DNA from: an uncultured Christensenella sp.
GTDB lineage: Bacteria; Bacillota; Clostridia; Christensenellales; Borkfalkiaceae
DNA length: 64,000 nucleotides
Direction of reading: 5' to 3'
Assembly (NCBI GenBank): GCA_910578565.1
Contig: CAJTQF010000004.1
Span: 2,170 to 66,169, forward strand
The notes beneath the pieces were generated by a model. The model was not told the origin of the DNA. It did no database searches and saw nothing but the letters and a program-made list of their open reading frames with translations. The translations under genes were made by a program, and so were the position numbers. Position 1 is the stretch's first letter; each line of letters opens with the position of its first letter. Positions 19,202 through 28,076 of the stretch are shown here, in pieces.

Positions 19202-19632
19202 AAACATATCTTCTGACGGCGGCGGCAGTAATATTTTTATCGGTAATAGTTTCTCTGATAATTCCGCACGGTAAATTAAATAAAACCATAGTTTTCGTAA
19301 TGAGAATGGCGTGTATTCTTGTTCTTATTCAGCCGATAACGGGAATTTTTAAATTAAAACCGTCTTCCACGGACGAAACGCTATATGACACCGAATACGT
19401 GGCTTCGGTTTATACAAAAAATCAGAGCGAAAGTCTTGAAAAACTTTTATATAAGGAATATACCGAAGAATGCGACTGTCAGGTCAACGTTGTATACAGC
19501 GAAGGGAAATTTAAGGTAGATAGCGTAAGCGTGCAGACAAGTTCTGAAAATGATAAATTAATTTCAGATATTTACGCATATTTGAAAAAACTCGGATATA
19601 TAAATATAACAGTATATGCGAAAAGTCCTTGA
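19198..19632 (+). CDS. spoIIIAF: stage III sporulation protein AF
   Basis: Two N-terminal TMs, the expected operon position, and an overlapping stop/start with spoIIIAE. Confidence 0.65.
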   Translation: MKTYLLTAAAVIFLSVIVSLIIPHGKLNKTIVFVMRMACILVLIQPITGIFKLKPSSTDETLYDTEYVASVYTKNQSESLEKLLYKEYTEECDCQVNVVYSEGKFKVDSVSVQTSSENDKLISDIYAYLKKLGYINITVYAKSP

Positions 19633-19975
19633 TTACGTGAAAGAGAATAAAAAAATTATCATAGTGGTCTTGCTTATTGCAATACTTATCGGCGCCGTAT
19701 ATTTTATTAACAAAAGTGCAAAATTGTCCGATGTGTCCAAAACCGATACTCAGAAAAGCGTGACGGAAGTCAAGCTGATCGGAATTTTGAGCAGTATCGA
19801 AGGCGTGGGTGCAACGGACGTTATGGTATCGGAAAACGACGGAGAGATCCAAGGTGTGGTAATTGTTTGCGACGGAGCAGACAATATAATGACCAGAAGC
19901 AACATTTTAAACGCTGTTTCAACTGCGTTAAACATTCAAAAAAATATTATTGCAATCTATTCAATGACTGTATAA
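19616..19975 (+). CDS. spoIIIAG: stage III sporulation protein AG (short form)
   Basis: N-terminal TM and a C-terminal ring-building-like segment GVGATDVMVSENDGEIQGVVIVCDGAD...NIIAIYSM. Confidence 0.6.
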   Translation: MRKVLDYVKENKKIIIVVLLIAILIGAVYFINKSAKLSDVSKTDTQKSVTEVKLIGILSSIEGVGATDVMVSENDGEIQGVVIVCDGADNIMTRSNILNAVSTALNIQKNIIAIYSMTV

Positions 19976-19985
19976 GGAGAACTTT

Positions 19986-20471
19986 ATGACCAAAAAGAAA
20001 AAAATCATCGTAATGTCATCACTCGTATTTTTACTTGCGTTAACTGCAGTTTTAAATGTACTGCTTGCCAAATCCAGAGTAGCTAACGGCGACAGCGCAT
20101 TGGCGACTGCAAACTATTTCACCACTTACCGTACCGAAAGGACGACTACCAGAAGCGAAGAACTCGTTCAGCTTGACAGCGTTATCGCACTCTATGAAGA
20201 AGGTAGCGAAAAGTATAACGAAGCTGTTAATATGAAGATGAAGTTAGTTGAAATTATGGAAAAAGAGCTTGTGCTTGAAACCATGATAAAATCAAAAGGC
20301 TTTGCCGACGCGGTTGTTTCAATAGGTATGGATTCTGATAACGTAAATGTTTTCGTAAATTCAAACGAGCTTGACTCGAATACCGCGGTTACTATTTACT
20401 ATTGCCTTTCAAAAGAAGCAAACGTAAAACCCGGTAATGTAATAATTATGCCTGTTTACTCACAAATTTAA
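19986..20471 (+). CDS. spoIIIAH: stage III sporulation protein AH
   Basis: N-terminal TM followed by the FFTTYRTERTTTRSEE pattern typical of SpoIIIAH. It is the last gene of the operon. Confidence 0.65.
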   Translation: MTKKKKIIVMSSLVFLLALTAVLNVLLAKSRVANGDSALATANYFTTYRTERTTTRSEELVQLDSVIALYEEGSEKYNEAVNMKMKLVEIMEKELVLETMIKSKGFADAVVSIGMDSDNVNVFVNSNELDSNTAVTIYYCLSKEANVKPGNVIIMPVYSQI

Positions 20472-20527
20472 GTTTGTAAGTTGCAAATTTTAAAATATTG
20501 TGTTATACTAACGCTAAGGAGATAATA

Positions 20528-20863
20528 ATGGCACACATCAGACATGACCCTACGTCGACACAGAAAGGAAAAATTACTTATAATTCCGGTATAGTCAGCG
20601 GTATTGTTTCGCTCGCTATAAGCGAAGTTGACGGTGTTTCCCTTCTCAATTCAAAGAACAGGGGTATTAAACTCAATTTTGATAAACAAGGAATTATTGC
20701 TGATATAAGCGTTAAAGTTGACGCGTCGTATAACGTGCCGTCGCTCGCTTTTAGAATTCAGCAGTCCATAAAGCACAACGTCGAGTCGATGACGAAATAT
20801 AAGGTTGCGAAGGTTGACGTTCATATTCAGGACGTAAATTTCCCCGAAAATTCGGCATTGTAA
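20528..20863 (+). CDS. Asp23/Gls24 family envelope-stress (alkaline shock) protein
   Basis: AAGGAG RBS before the ATG at 20528. The GIVSGIVSLAISEVDGV motif is characteristic of Asp23. Confidence 0.75.
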   Translation: MAHIRHDPTSTQKGKITYNSGIVSGIVSLAISEVDGVSLLNSKNRGIKLNFDKQGIIADISVKVDASYNVPSLAFRIQQSIKHNVESMTKYKVAKVDVHIQDVNFPENSAL

Positions 20864-20874
20864 AATATTACGCT

Positions 20875-20899
20875 ATTCCCTTAAATTTTTTAAGGGAAT
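20875..20899 (+). terminator. intrinsic terminator
   Basis: A 10-bp stem ATTCCCTTAA / TTAAGGGAAT followed by a T-rich tail. Confidence 0.55.
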
Positions 20900-20921
20900 A
20901 TTTGTATTTAACGGAGTATAT

Positions 20922-21326
20922 ATGAGAACGTCAGCAAGAGAGACACTTTTTAAGATAATATTTGCTTCGCAATTCAACAGTGATTGCGGCGAATCTTTTA
21001 AAAGCGCGATGTACAAAGGCGAAAAATTAGATAACCAAGATATTTCTTATTGTGAAAGCATTTTAAAAATTGTGGAAGAGCACAGAGAAGAATTTGCGGA
21101 AATTTTGGATAAGCATTCAAAGCTTTTCCCGGAATCGCGCCTATTCCCTGCGGATAGAAGCATACTGTTTATTGCGCTTGCGGAAATACTGTATTTCGGC
21201 GAAGTGCCTGCCGCCGTTTCCGTAAACGAAGCGGCGAATATTGCGTCAAAATATTCGTCGGCAAAGAGCGCGTCGTTTTTAAGCGGAATTCTTGCCGAAA
21301 TAATCAGGGAGAAGAACAGTGTATAA
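20922..21326 (+). CDS. nusB: transcription antitermination factor NusB
   Basis: A 134-aa protein with a RETLFKIIF N-terminus and the AVSVNEAANIASKY pattern, in the conserved position upstream of folD. Confidence 0.85.
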   Translation: MRTSARETLFKIIFASQFNSDCGESFKSAMYKGEKLDNQDISYCESILKIVEEHREEFAEILDKHSKLFPESRLFPADRSILFIALAEILYFGEVPAAVSVNEAANIASKYSSAKSASFLSGILAEIIREKNSV

Positions 21327-22170
21327 AATTATAGACGGCAAAGCGCTTGCGTACAATATGCGTGCAGATATAAAAACGCAAGTTGAAAAATTTACAAAAG
21401 ATAACGGCAGGCACATAGGGCTTGCCGTGGTTCTTGTAGGTGAAGATCCCGCTTCGCAAATTTATGTCAGAAATAAAATAAAAGCATGCGAGGAAGTGGG
21501 AATAAAGTCGTACTCATATCGCCTTGACGGTGCGGTAACACAGGGGGAGCTTGAAGAACTTCTTTATGAACTGGCGCAAAATAATAATGTAGACGGAATA
21601 CTTGTCCAGCTTCCGTTACCTGACCATATCGATAGCGAAAGCGCACTAAGGATTATTCCGGATTATAAAGACGTGGACGGTTTTTCTGAGAATAATATCG
21701 GCAAATTATGCCAAGGTAAAGAAAGCATAGTGGCGTGTACGCCGAACGGCGTTATGAAGATGCTTGAAAGCTGCAAAATTGATCTTTGCGGTAAAAAAGC
21801 CGTGATTGTAGGCAGGTCAAATATTGTAGGTAAGCCTATGGCATTGCTTCTTTTAAACGCGGACGCAACGGTAACCGTTTGTCACAGTAAAACCCGAAAT
21901 CTGAAACAGGAATGTTTAGGCGCTGACGTAATTATAGCAGCGGTCGGCAGAGCTAAGTTTGTAACTGCCGATATGGTCAAAGACGGCGCGGTTGTAATCG
22001 ACGTAGGAATGAACAGAGATGAAAACGGTAAACTTTGCGGCGACGTTGATTTTGATTCGGTTAAAGAAAAATGTTCGTATATTACCCCTGTACCGGGCGG
22101 GGTCGGACCTATGACAATAACTATGCTGATGTATAATACTTATTTGTCGGCAATAAGGAGCAAAGGTTGA
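21319..22170 (+). CDS. folD: bifunctional methylenetetrahydrofolate dehydrogenase / methenyl-THF cyclohydrolase
   Basis: GTG start. Motifs are VGEDPASQIYVRNK, DGILVQLPLP, VIVGRSNIVGKP and TPVPGGVGPMT. Confidence 0.9.
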   Translation: MYKIIDGKALAYNMRADIKTQVEKFTKDNGRHIGLAVVLVGEDPASQIYVRNKIKACEEVGIKSYSYRLDGAVTQGELEELLYELAQNNNVDGILVQLPLPDHIDSESALRIIPDYKDVDGFSENNIGKLCQGKESIVACTPNGVMKMLESCKIDLCGKKAVIVGRSNIVGKPMALLLLNADATVTVCHSKTRNLKQECLGADVIIAAVGRAKFVTADMVKDGAVVIDVGMNRDENGKLCGDVDFDSVKEKCSYITPVPGGVGPMTITMLMYNTYLSAIRSKG

Positions 22171-23045
22171 TTTCTTATAAAGAAAAGTACAATGAATATT
22201 TGACCGGTTTTGACAGTTTGCTTGAAGATTTTTGCCACGGGCTAAACTGCAAGCCCGAAAAGTTGGCGAAAAGTTTAAAATACAGTTTAAAATCCGGCGG
22301 AAAAAGGTTAAGACCTGTACTTATGTTCGCCGTGGGTGAATTATTGGGTGTTGAACGCAAAAAATTATCGAATTTTGCCCTTGCTCTCGAATTAATACAT
22401 ACTTATTCTCTTATTCACGACGATTTGCCGGAAATGGATAACGGTGACTACCGCCGCGGCAGATTGACGAACCATAAAGTTTTCGGTACGGGGAATGCGG
22501 TTCTTGCTGGCGACGGGCTATTGAACACTGCTTATTCATTGCTTTTCGGCGAATGTTTTAAGGGGAACGATTATGTTTCCGCCGCAAAATTTATATGTGA
22601 TTGCGCAGGAATAAACGGAATGATTGCAGGGCAGTCCGCCGATCTCGAACACGAAAACGATGAATGCGTAGATGAATCCGTATTAAACTTTATTTATGAA
22701 AATAAGACGGCGAAGTTACTGGTTGCCGCAGTAGTCGTTCCCAGCATACTTTGCGGGGGGAAGTATTATGCAGAGCTTAAAACTTTCGGAAGCGTTCTTG
22801 GCAATTTGTTTCAGCTAACGGACGATATTCTGGACGTCGAAGGCACTTTTGAGCAATTAGGCAAAAGCACAGGCAAAGACAAAGCAGAAGGGAAATATAC
22901 TGGCGTAAGGCTTTACGGCTTGGACGGTAGTAAAGTGCGCGCAGACGTTTTGGCGGACAAATGTACTGGGATATTGGAAAAATTCGACGGCGATATTTCA
23001 TTCTTAAAGGATTTGGTCCAGTTCGTCAGACAAAGAATATTTTGA
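22167..23045 (+). CDS. ispA: polyprenyl (farnesyl/geranylgeranyl) diphosphate synthase
   Basis: TTG start 8 nt after AAGGAG. The first DDxxD box is LIHDDLPEMDNGDYRRG and the second is QLTDDILD. Confidence 0.85.
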   Translation: MISYKEKYNEYLTGFDSLLEDFCHGLNCKPEKLAKSLKYSLKSGGKRLRPVLMFAVGELLGVERKKLSNFALALELIHTYSLIHDDLPEMDNGDYRRGRLTNHKVFGTGNAVLAGDGLLNTAYSLLFGECFKGNDYVSAAKFICDCAGINGMIAGQSADLEHENDECVDESVLNFIYENKTAKLLVAAVVVPSILCGGKYYAELKTFGSVLGNLFQLTDDILDVEGTFEQLGKSTGKDKAEGKYTGVRLYGLDGSKVRADVLADKCTGILEKFDGDISFLKDLVQFVRQRIF

Positions 23046-23052
23046 TATACTG

Positions 23053-23081
23053 TTGACTTTTTTGCATACTTATGCTAAAAT
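23053..23081 (+). promoter_or_regulatory. promoter of the large ncRNA (TTGACT-17 nt-TAAAAT with a TG extension)
   Basis: TTGACT at 23053-58 and TGcTAAAAT at 23073-81, about 9 nt before the first helix of the RNA. Confidence 0.5.
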
Positions 23082-23089
23082 ATGAACAT

Positions 23090-23646
23090 TGATATAGTGG
23101 TGCAGTATTCTAGTCAATACCCATTGATACGAAGACGGGGGTAAAATACCGTTAAAGGGCATATCGATGAAGTTTCTGGTGTTTGCTTACTTTGCCAAAA
23201 GCGGGTGAATGCTGGGAGTAAAGGTTTATGGGAGCTTGGTAACGGCATACCGCAGCCTAACCCATTTACCGTGGAGGCTGCCGGATTTTATTTTCGGCAG
23301 TATAAACCTGCTATCAGGCGAAAGCTTGGTACAGAGTAGCCTGCCTTGAGTGAAGTCAGCGGATAGCGGATTCACGATTTCAAACGTATGGCCAGACGTT
23401 GGAATCTATTGCCGCTTGAAATTGATTTTGCAAAAGAGGATAAGCTCAGTGGTTATTGTCAAGGAAAGCTTCTAGACTGATTTTATATTAGAGATTACGG
23501 TGTGGACTAAGTGGCGATTCGGTTATGCGCTTAGCGCGTTCAGACTCTTAAAAGGAAACTGCTCTTACGGCGACGGGGAGTGAGTGTGAGGGAAATCCTA
23601 CCGAACCTTAAGCCGCAAAGTTTATTTAATATAAACCACTATATCG
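23090..23646 (+). ncRNA. ole: OLE (ornate, large, extremophilic) RNA candidate
   Basis: About 557 nt with no ORF of 60 aa or more on either strand, and visibly GC-richer than its flanks. A perfect 10-bp terminal helix pairs GATATAGTGG (23091-100) with CCACTATATC (23636-45). It has its own promoter and a downstream hairpin plus T-run. Its position between ispA and a small membrane protein plus dxs matches the published OLE locus. Confidence 0.7.
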
Positions 23647-23656
23647 TTATTTTTTT

Positions 23657-23680
23657 GCGCACGCGGACGTGCGTATTTTT
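23657..23680 (+). terminator. hairpin plus T5 between the RNA and the downstream membrane-protein gene (terminator or attenuator)
   Basis: Stem CGCACG, loop CGGA, stem CGTGCG, followed by ATTTTT. Confidence 0.45.
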
Positions 23681-23696
23681 AAAATTTGTAAATATT

Positions 23697-24281
23697 ATGG
23701 AAAGTGACAGTAATTCTAACCAACGGAAATTAAAAAGAAAAAAACATAAACACAGTGTGCCGCCCTGGCTTGTCTGGGGCTTGAGCGTACTCGTTTTATC
23801 GTTTGCGCTTACCGTTCTTTTCAGTTTTCTGACTGAAGTTTCGGTTAAAGACAGCCCGCTTTATGTTTGTCTGATAGTGCTTATTGTACTGTTAGTTGTA
23901 AATATCGTATGCGACGTTTTGGCAAACGCTATAATTTCGTGCAATCCAGAAGCGTTTCACGCTATGGCGTCCAAAAAGATTAAAGGCGCTAAGCGTGCCG
24001 TTAGTTTTTGCCGTAATGCAACTAAACTTTCGAGTATATTTGCAGATGTTATCGGTGATATCTGCGGAATCGTCAGCGGTGCGGCAGGCACTGCGTTGGT
24101 GGTTCATTTTGCCGTTTCGGGAAGTATATACGAACTGATTGTGTCAATCGGCGTAAGCGCCGTAATAGGCGCGCTTACCGTGGGCGGTAAAGCGATTTTT
24201 AAACATTTTGCCATAAAATATAATAAAAAAATAGTTTTCGGCTTTGCGAAATTTACCACAGTCTTTAAAAAGGAAAAGTAA
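23697..24281 (+). CDS. oapA: OLE-associated membrane protein OapA candidate
   Basis: 194 aa from the ATG at 23697. The track ORF start at 23580 would overlap the RNA. It has a basic N-terminus and about 4 TM segments, and its stop overlaps the dxs start (TAATG). No obvious SD sequence. Confidence 0.6.
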   Translation: MESDSNSNQRKLKRKKHKHSVPPWLVWGLSVLVLSFALTVLFSFLTEVSVKDSPLYVCLIVLIVLLVVNIVCDVLANAIISCNPEAFHAMASKKIKGAKRAVSFCRNATKLSSIFADVIGDICGIVSGAAGTALVVHFAVSGSIYELIVSIGVSAVIGALTVGGKAIFKHFAIKYNKKIVFGFAKFTTVFKKEK

Positions 24282-26014
24282 TGCTTGAAAATATTTCATC
24301 AAAACAAATAAAAAAAATGACTTTGCCGCAACTTACTTCGCTTTGTGAAGAGGTGCGGCAAATGATTATTTCAACGGTTTATAAAAACGGCGGGCATCTG
24401 TCGTCTAATCTCGGCGCAGTAGAGCTTACTGTGGCAATGCATTATGTATTTGATTTTCCCGAAGATAAAGTTGTTTTTGACGTCGGGCACCAGTGTTACA
24501 CGCATAAACTTTTATCCGACAGATACGGTTCTTTTAACACAATACGTAAAAAGGGCGGCATTTCGGGATTCCCTAAGCGCGAAGAAAGCGTATACGATTG
24601 TTATAATACAGGGCATGCGGGTACGTCTGTTTCTGCCGCGCTCGGTATTGCCAAAGCCCGCGATATTAATAATAAAAATTTTAACGTTATTGCGGTTATA
24701 GGCGACGGTTCATTCAATAACGGACTCGTATATGAAGCATTTAACAGTCTGCGTTTATTGAATACGCGTATTCTCGTTATCTTGAACGACAACGGAATGT
24801 CTATTGCTCCGACGGTGGGAAGCATTCACGAATATCTTGAAGTTTTAAGCGCTTCGGACGAGCATAAAGCCAAAAAGGAAAAGCACGCAAATATTTTTGA
24901 GCGTTTCGGTTTTGCTTATGACGGAGTTTATGACGGAAACGACCTGGCGGTAATGATTGAGAAACTTACCGCTGTTAAAGAAAAACTTAAAACGCAGTCG
25001 GTAATTTTACATATTTTTTCAAAAAAGGGGAAGGGTTATTCTTTTTGTGAAGAAAACCCCGAAGCAACCCACGGTATTTCGATAAGCAGTAGCGACAGTA
25101 TTTCGAAAGAGTATTCAGAAGTGTTAGGTGAAAAACTTACAAAACTTGCCGAAAAGGACGAAAGGATTGTTGCCGTTACGGCTGCAATGACTACAAGTTT
25201 AGGACTTAGCGGTTTTTTTGAAAAATTTCCGGAACGTTCTATAGACGTAGGAATTTGCGAAGAGCATGCAACCATTCTTTGCGCTGCAATGGCAACGGAA
25301 AACTTGAAGCCTTACTATGCCGTTTATTCAACGTTCTTGCAGCGTTCGTTTGATGAAATTATAATTGATATATGCAGCCAGAATTTGCCGGTTACTCTGT
25401 GTATTGACCGTGCGGGCATTTCGGGTTCGGACGGGGAAACGCATCAAGGCGTCTTTGATTTGTCATTTTTAAATCCTATACCGAATTTGACCATTGCTGT
25501 GCCTAAAGATTTGAAAGAGTTTTCTGATATGCTTGAATTCAGCACTAAGTTTAATGCTCCGCTTGCAATACGTTATCCGAGAGAAGGTAAAAGAATTTTT
25601 AAAAGTTTTTCCCCCATTGTTTACGGAAAATGGGAAGAGATGACTTTATTGACGGGGAAAGCGGTATTGATAGCGTGCGGTGAACATCCGGTGACTTTGG
25701 CGATTTATGCCGCGCAAATGCTTGAATCGGAAGGGATAACCGCCAGAGTAATAAATGCACGTTTTGTCAAACCGCTTGATACCGAATTATTGAATAATAT
25801 TAAGGAGCAATATATTGTAACTGTTGAAGACAATATGTTGATTGGCGGATTCGGTTCTTTGATAAACAACTTTTTTGCCGGCAAAAATAAAATTATAAAA
25901 AATTTCGCATATAAAGATAGTTTTATACCGCAGGGCGGGAGATGCGAACTTATGGAAGATTTCGGATTAAGTTGCAAAGCGATTGCAGACTATATTAAAA
26001 ATGCGATTAGATAA
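24281..26014 (+). CDS. dxs: 1-deoxy-D-xylulose-5-phosphate synthase
   Basis: Motifs are GGHLSSNLGAVELTVAMHYVFD, GHQCYTHKLL and VIGDGSFNNG (TPP binding), plus a transketolase-like C-terminal half. Confidence 0.9.
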   Translation: MLENISSKQIKKMTLPQLTSLCEEVRQMIISTVYKNGGHLSSNLGAVELTVAMHYVFDFPEDKVVFDVGHQCYTHKLLSDRYGSFNTIRKKGGISGFPKREESVYDCYNTGHAGTSVSAALGIAKARDINNKNFNVIAVIGDGSFNNGLVYEAFNSLRLLNTRILVILNDNGMSIAPTVGSIHEYLEVLSASDEHKAKKEKHANIFERFGFAYDGVYDGNDLAVMIEKLTAVKEKLKTQSVILHIFSKKGKGYSFCEENPEATHGISISSSDSISKEYSEVLGEKLTKLAEKDERIVAVTAAMTTSLGLSGFFEKFPERSIDVGICEEHATILCAAMATENLKPYYAVYSTFLQRSFDEIIIDICSQNLPVTLCIDRAGISGSDGETHQGVFDLSFLNPIPNLTIAVPKDLKEFSDMLEFSTKFNAPLAIRYPREGKRIFKSFSPIVYGKWEEMTLLTGKAVLIACGEHPVTLAIYAAQMLESEGITARVINARFVKPLDTELLNNIKEQYIVTVEDNMLIGGFGSLINNFFAGKNKIIKNFAYKDSFIPQGGRCELMEDFGLSCKAIADYIKNAIR

Positions 26015-26756
26015 ATTTCTTTCGGAAAAATACGGATCGAGAGCGAAAGCTGTTGCGGCAATCAAAGGCGGATTGGTTCTGCTAAACGGCAAAACGTGCG
26101 CGCCGTCATACGAAGTAAAAAAAACCGATAAATTTGAATTTTTGCAGGCGAAAGAAAACTTTGTTTCTGCTGGCGGGTTCAAATTGAGCAAAGCTATAAA
26201 AGATTTTGCTTTCAGCGTTAAAGATAAAATTTTTGCCGATATCGGGGCAAGCACGGGAGGATTTACAGATTGCCTTTTTCAGAACGGCGCAAAAAAAGTA
26301 TACTGTATCGACGTAGGCGAAAGTCAGCTTGATAAAACTTTGTTTGATAAAAACATAGTTGTTATTGACAATTTCAATGCCAGAAATCTCACCCGCGATT
26401 TATTTTATGAAAAACTTGACGGCGTTGTTATAGACGTGAGTTTTATTTCGCTTACATATATATTAGAAGCGGTGTGCAATCTTATTGAAAACGGAGCAAA
26501 TGTAATTGCGCTTATAAAACCGCAGTTTGAATGCGAAAGCAGAAACGTAGGTAAAAACGGTATAGTCAAAGACGCGGAAACCCATAAGAGAATAATTGAA
26601 AAAATTTATAATTTTGCCGTAAGCATAAATCTTGCACCGATAGGCGTTACTAACGCGCCAATAATTACCGGTAAAAATAAAGAATATCTTATTTTGCTTG
26701 AAAAAAGCGGGAAACCGGTAGATTTTAAAAATTTGTTAAAGTTTGTAAAATTATAA
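26001..26756 (+). CDS. tlyA: TlyA family rRNA (cytidine-2'-O)-methyltransferase
   Basis: S4-like N-terminus MRLDKFLSEKYGSRAKA and the SAM motif DIGASTGGFTDC. Confidence 0.8.
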   Translation: MRLDKFLSEKYGSRAKAVAAIKGGLVLLNGKTCAPSYEVKKTDKFEFLQAKENFVSAGGFKLSKAIKDFAFSVKDKIFADIGASTGGFTDCLFQNGAKKVYCIDVGESQLDKTLFDKNIVVIDNFNARNLTRDLFYEKLDGVVIDVSFISLTYILEAVCNLIENGANVIALIKPQFECESRNVGKNGIVKDAETHKRIIEKIYNFAVSINLAPIGVTNAPIITGKNKEYLILLEKSGKPVDFKNLLKFVKL

Positions 26757-26809
26757 AAATATGTGCGTTTTGATTGCATATTTGTATAAAAAGTTGTATT
26801 ATAGTGTAT

Positions 26810-27622
26810 GTGAAGGCTGGTATATATTATAATAAAAATTATCTGACCGAAAATAAGCCTTATTGTGAAAAGATCAGGAAATCGCTTGAGCGACATAAAG
26901 TATCTTGTAGTTACGTAAATAATTTTTGCGATTTGGACGGGCTGGATATTCTTTTTGTGCTTGGCGGCGACGGAACTATTTTAAATATCGCTTCAGAATG
27001 TGCAAAACGGCAGGTCAAGATAATCGGTATCAATTACGGTCATCTCGGTTTTTTGGCTGAGTTCGAAAGGGAGAAGGTTGACGACGCAATAAATCTTATT
27101 TGCAGTGGCAAATACGAGACTGAAAAAAGAAGCCTTTTGGAAGTTAATTGTAACGGTACAAGCTATTTGGCATTGAATGATTTGGTAGTTCAGAGAAACA
27201 CGGGTGGCAATAGTTTCAACAATACTGTCAGATTGCAGGCGCGCATAAACGGTTCGGTTGTAGATAATTTTGCCGCGGACGGCATTATTGTAAGCACGCC
27301 TACTGGTTCGACGGCATATTCGCTTTCGGCAGGCGGTTCGGTTTTAACGCCCGATATTAACGCTTTCATTATGACGCCTGTTTGCGCACATTCCCTTCAT
27401 TCGCGTCCGGTGGTGTATAACGATAATTCGGTTCTCGAAATATTTAAATACGATGATGATACGCCGCTGAATATTGTGGTGGACGGAAAAGTAGTATCGG
27501 TTATAGGTAAAAATGCAGTTATAACAGTAAAAAAGTCACCGATTTGTATTGAGTTTATAACACGTAGCGACAGTGATTTTTTCAATAAATTATTTATAAA
27601 ACTTAACATTTGGAGTAAGTAA
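26810..27622 (+). CDS. nadK: NAD kinase
   Basis: Motifs are LGGDGTIL, GINYGHLGFL and STPTGSTAYSLSAGG. A GTG start at 26810 is suggested, but the track ORF starts at 26774. Confidence 0.8.
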   Translation: MKAGIYYNKNYLTENKPYCEKIRKSLERHKVSCSYVNNFCDLDGLDILFVLGGDGTILNIASECAKRQVKIIGINYGHLGFLAEFEREKVDDAINLICSGKYETEKRSLLEVNCNGTSYLALNDLVVQRNTGGNSFNNTVRLQARINGSVVDNFAADGIIVSTPTGSTAYSLSAGGSVLTPDINAFIMTPVCAHSLHSRPVVYNDNSVLEIFKYDDDTPLNIVVDGKVVSVIGKNAVITVKKSPICIEFITRSDSDFFNKLFIKLNIWSK

Positions 27623-28072
27623 ATGCATAGAAACGCCAGACAACAGAAAATTCTTGAAATAATTAACGCCAAAGAAATAGATACGCAGGAAGAACTTTGC
27701 GCCGAACTTAATTTTGAAAATTTTAAAGTTACTCAGGCAACGGTATCGCGTGACATAAAGGAGTTAAAGCTCTACAAAGTTTCGGGCAAAGAAAAAAAGT
27801 ACAGATATGCCTGCCTTGAAAGCGATGATGAAACGGTTTCAAGTAAAATGAAGAATATTTTCCGCGAATGCGTTCAGACGATTAATTACGCGGGCAATAT
27901 CATTGTTATAAAAACAATGCGCGGAAACGGTGCAACGGCGGGCACTTTTGTGGATTCGTTGCAAATGAAAGAAATTATCGGTAGCGTTGCCGGCGACGAC
28001 ACGCTTTTGATTGTCGTTGATACAACCGAGAACGCGCAAGTAATTATGCAAAAGTTAAGAGAGTGTATGTAA
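27623..28072 (+). CDS. argR: arginine repressor
   Basis: RQQKILEII...TQEEL...VTQATVSRDIKEL wHTH motif and C-terminal GSVAGDDTLLIV. Confidence 0.85.
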   Translation: MHRNARQQKILEIINAKEIDTQEELCAELNFENFKVTQATVSRDIKELKLYKVSGKEKKYRYACLESDDETVSSKMKNIFRECVQTINYAGNIIVIKTMRGNGATAGTFVDSLQMKEIIGSVAGDDTLLIVVDTTENAQVIMQKLRECM

Positions 28073-28076
28073 TCAG

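Noticed and set aside
23580-23696. The track ORF starting at 23580 (GTG) would extend the membrane protein 39 aa upstream.
   Set aside because: The extension overlaps the 3' helix of the structured RNA and the hairpin plus T-run. Its sequence is not membrane-protein-like, so the ATG at 23697 is preferred.
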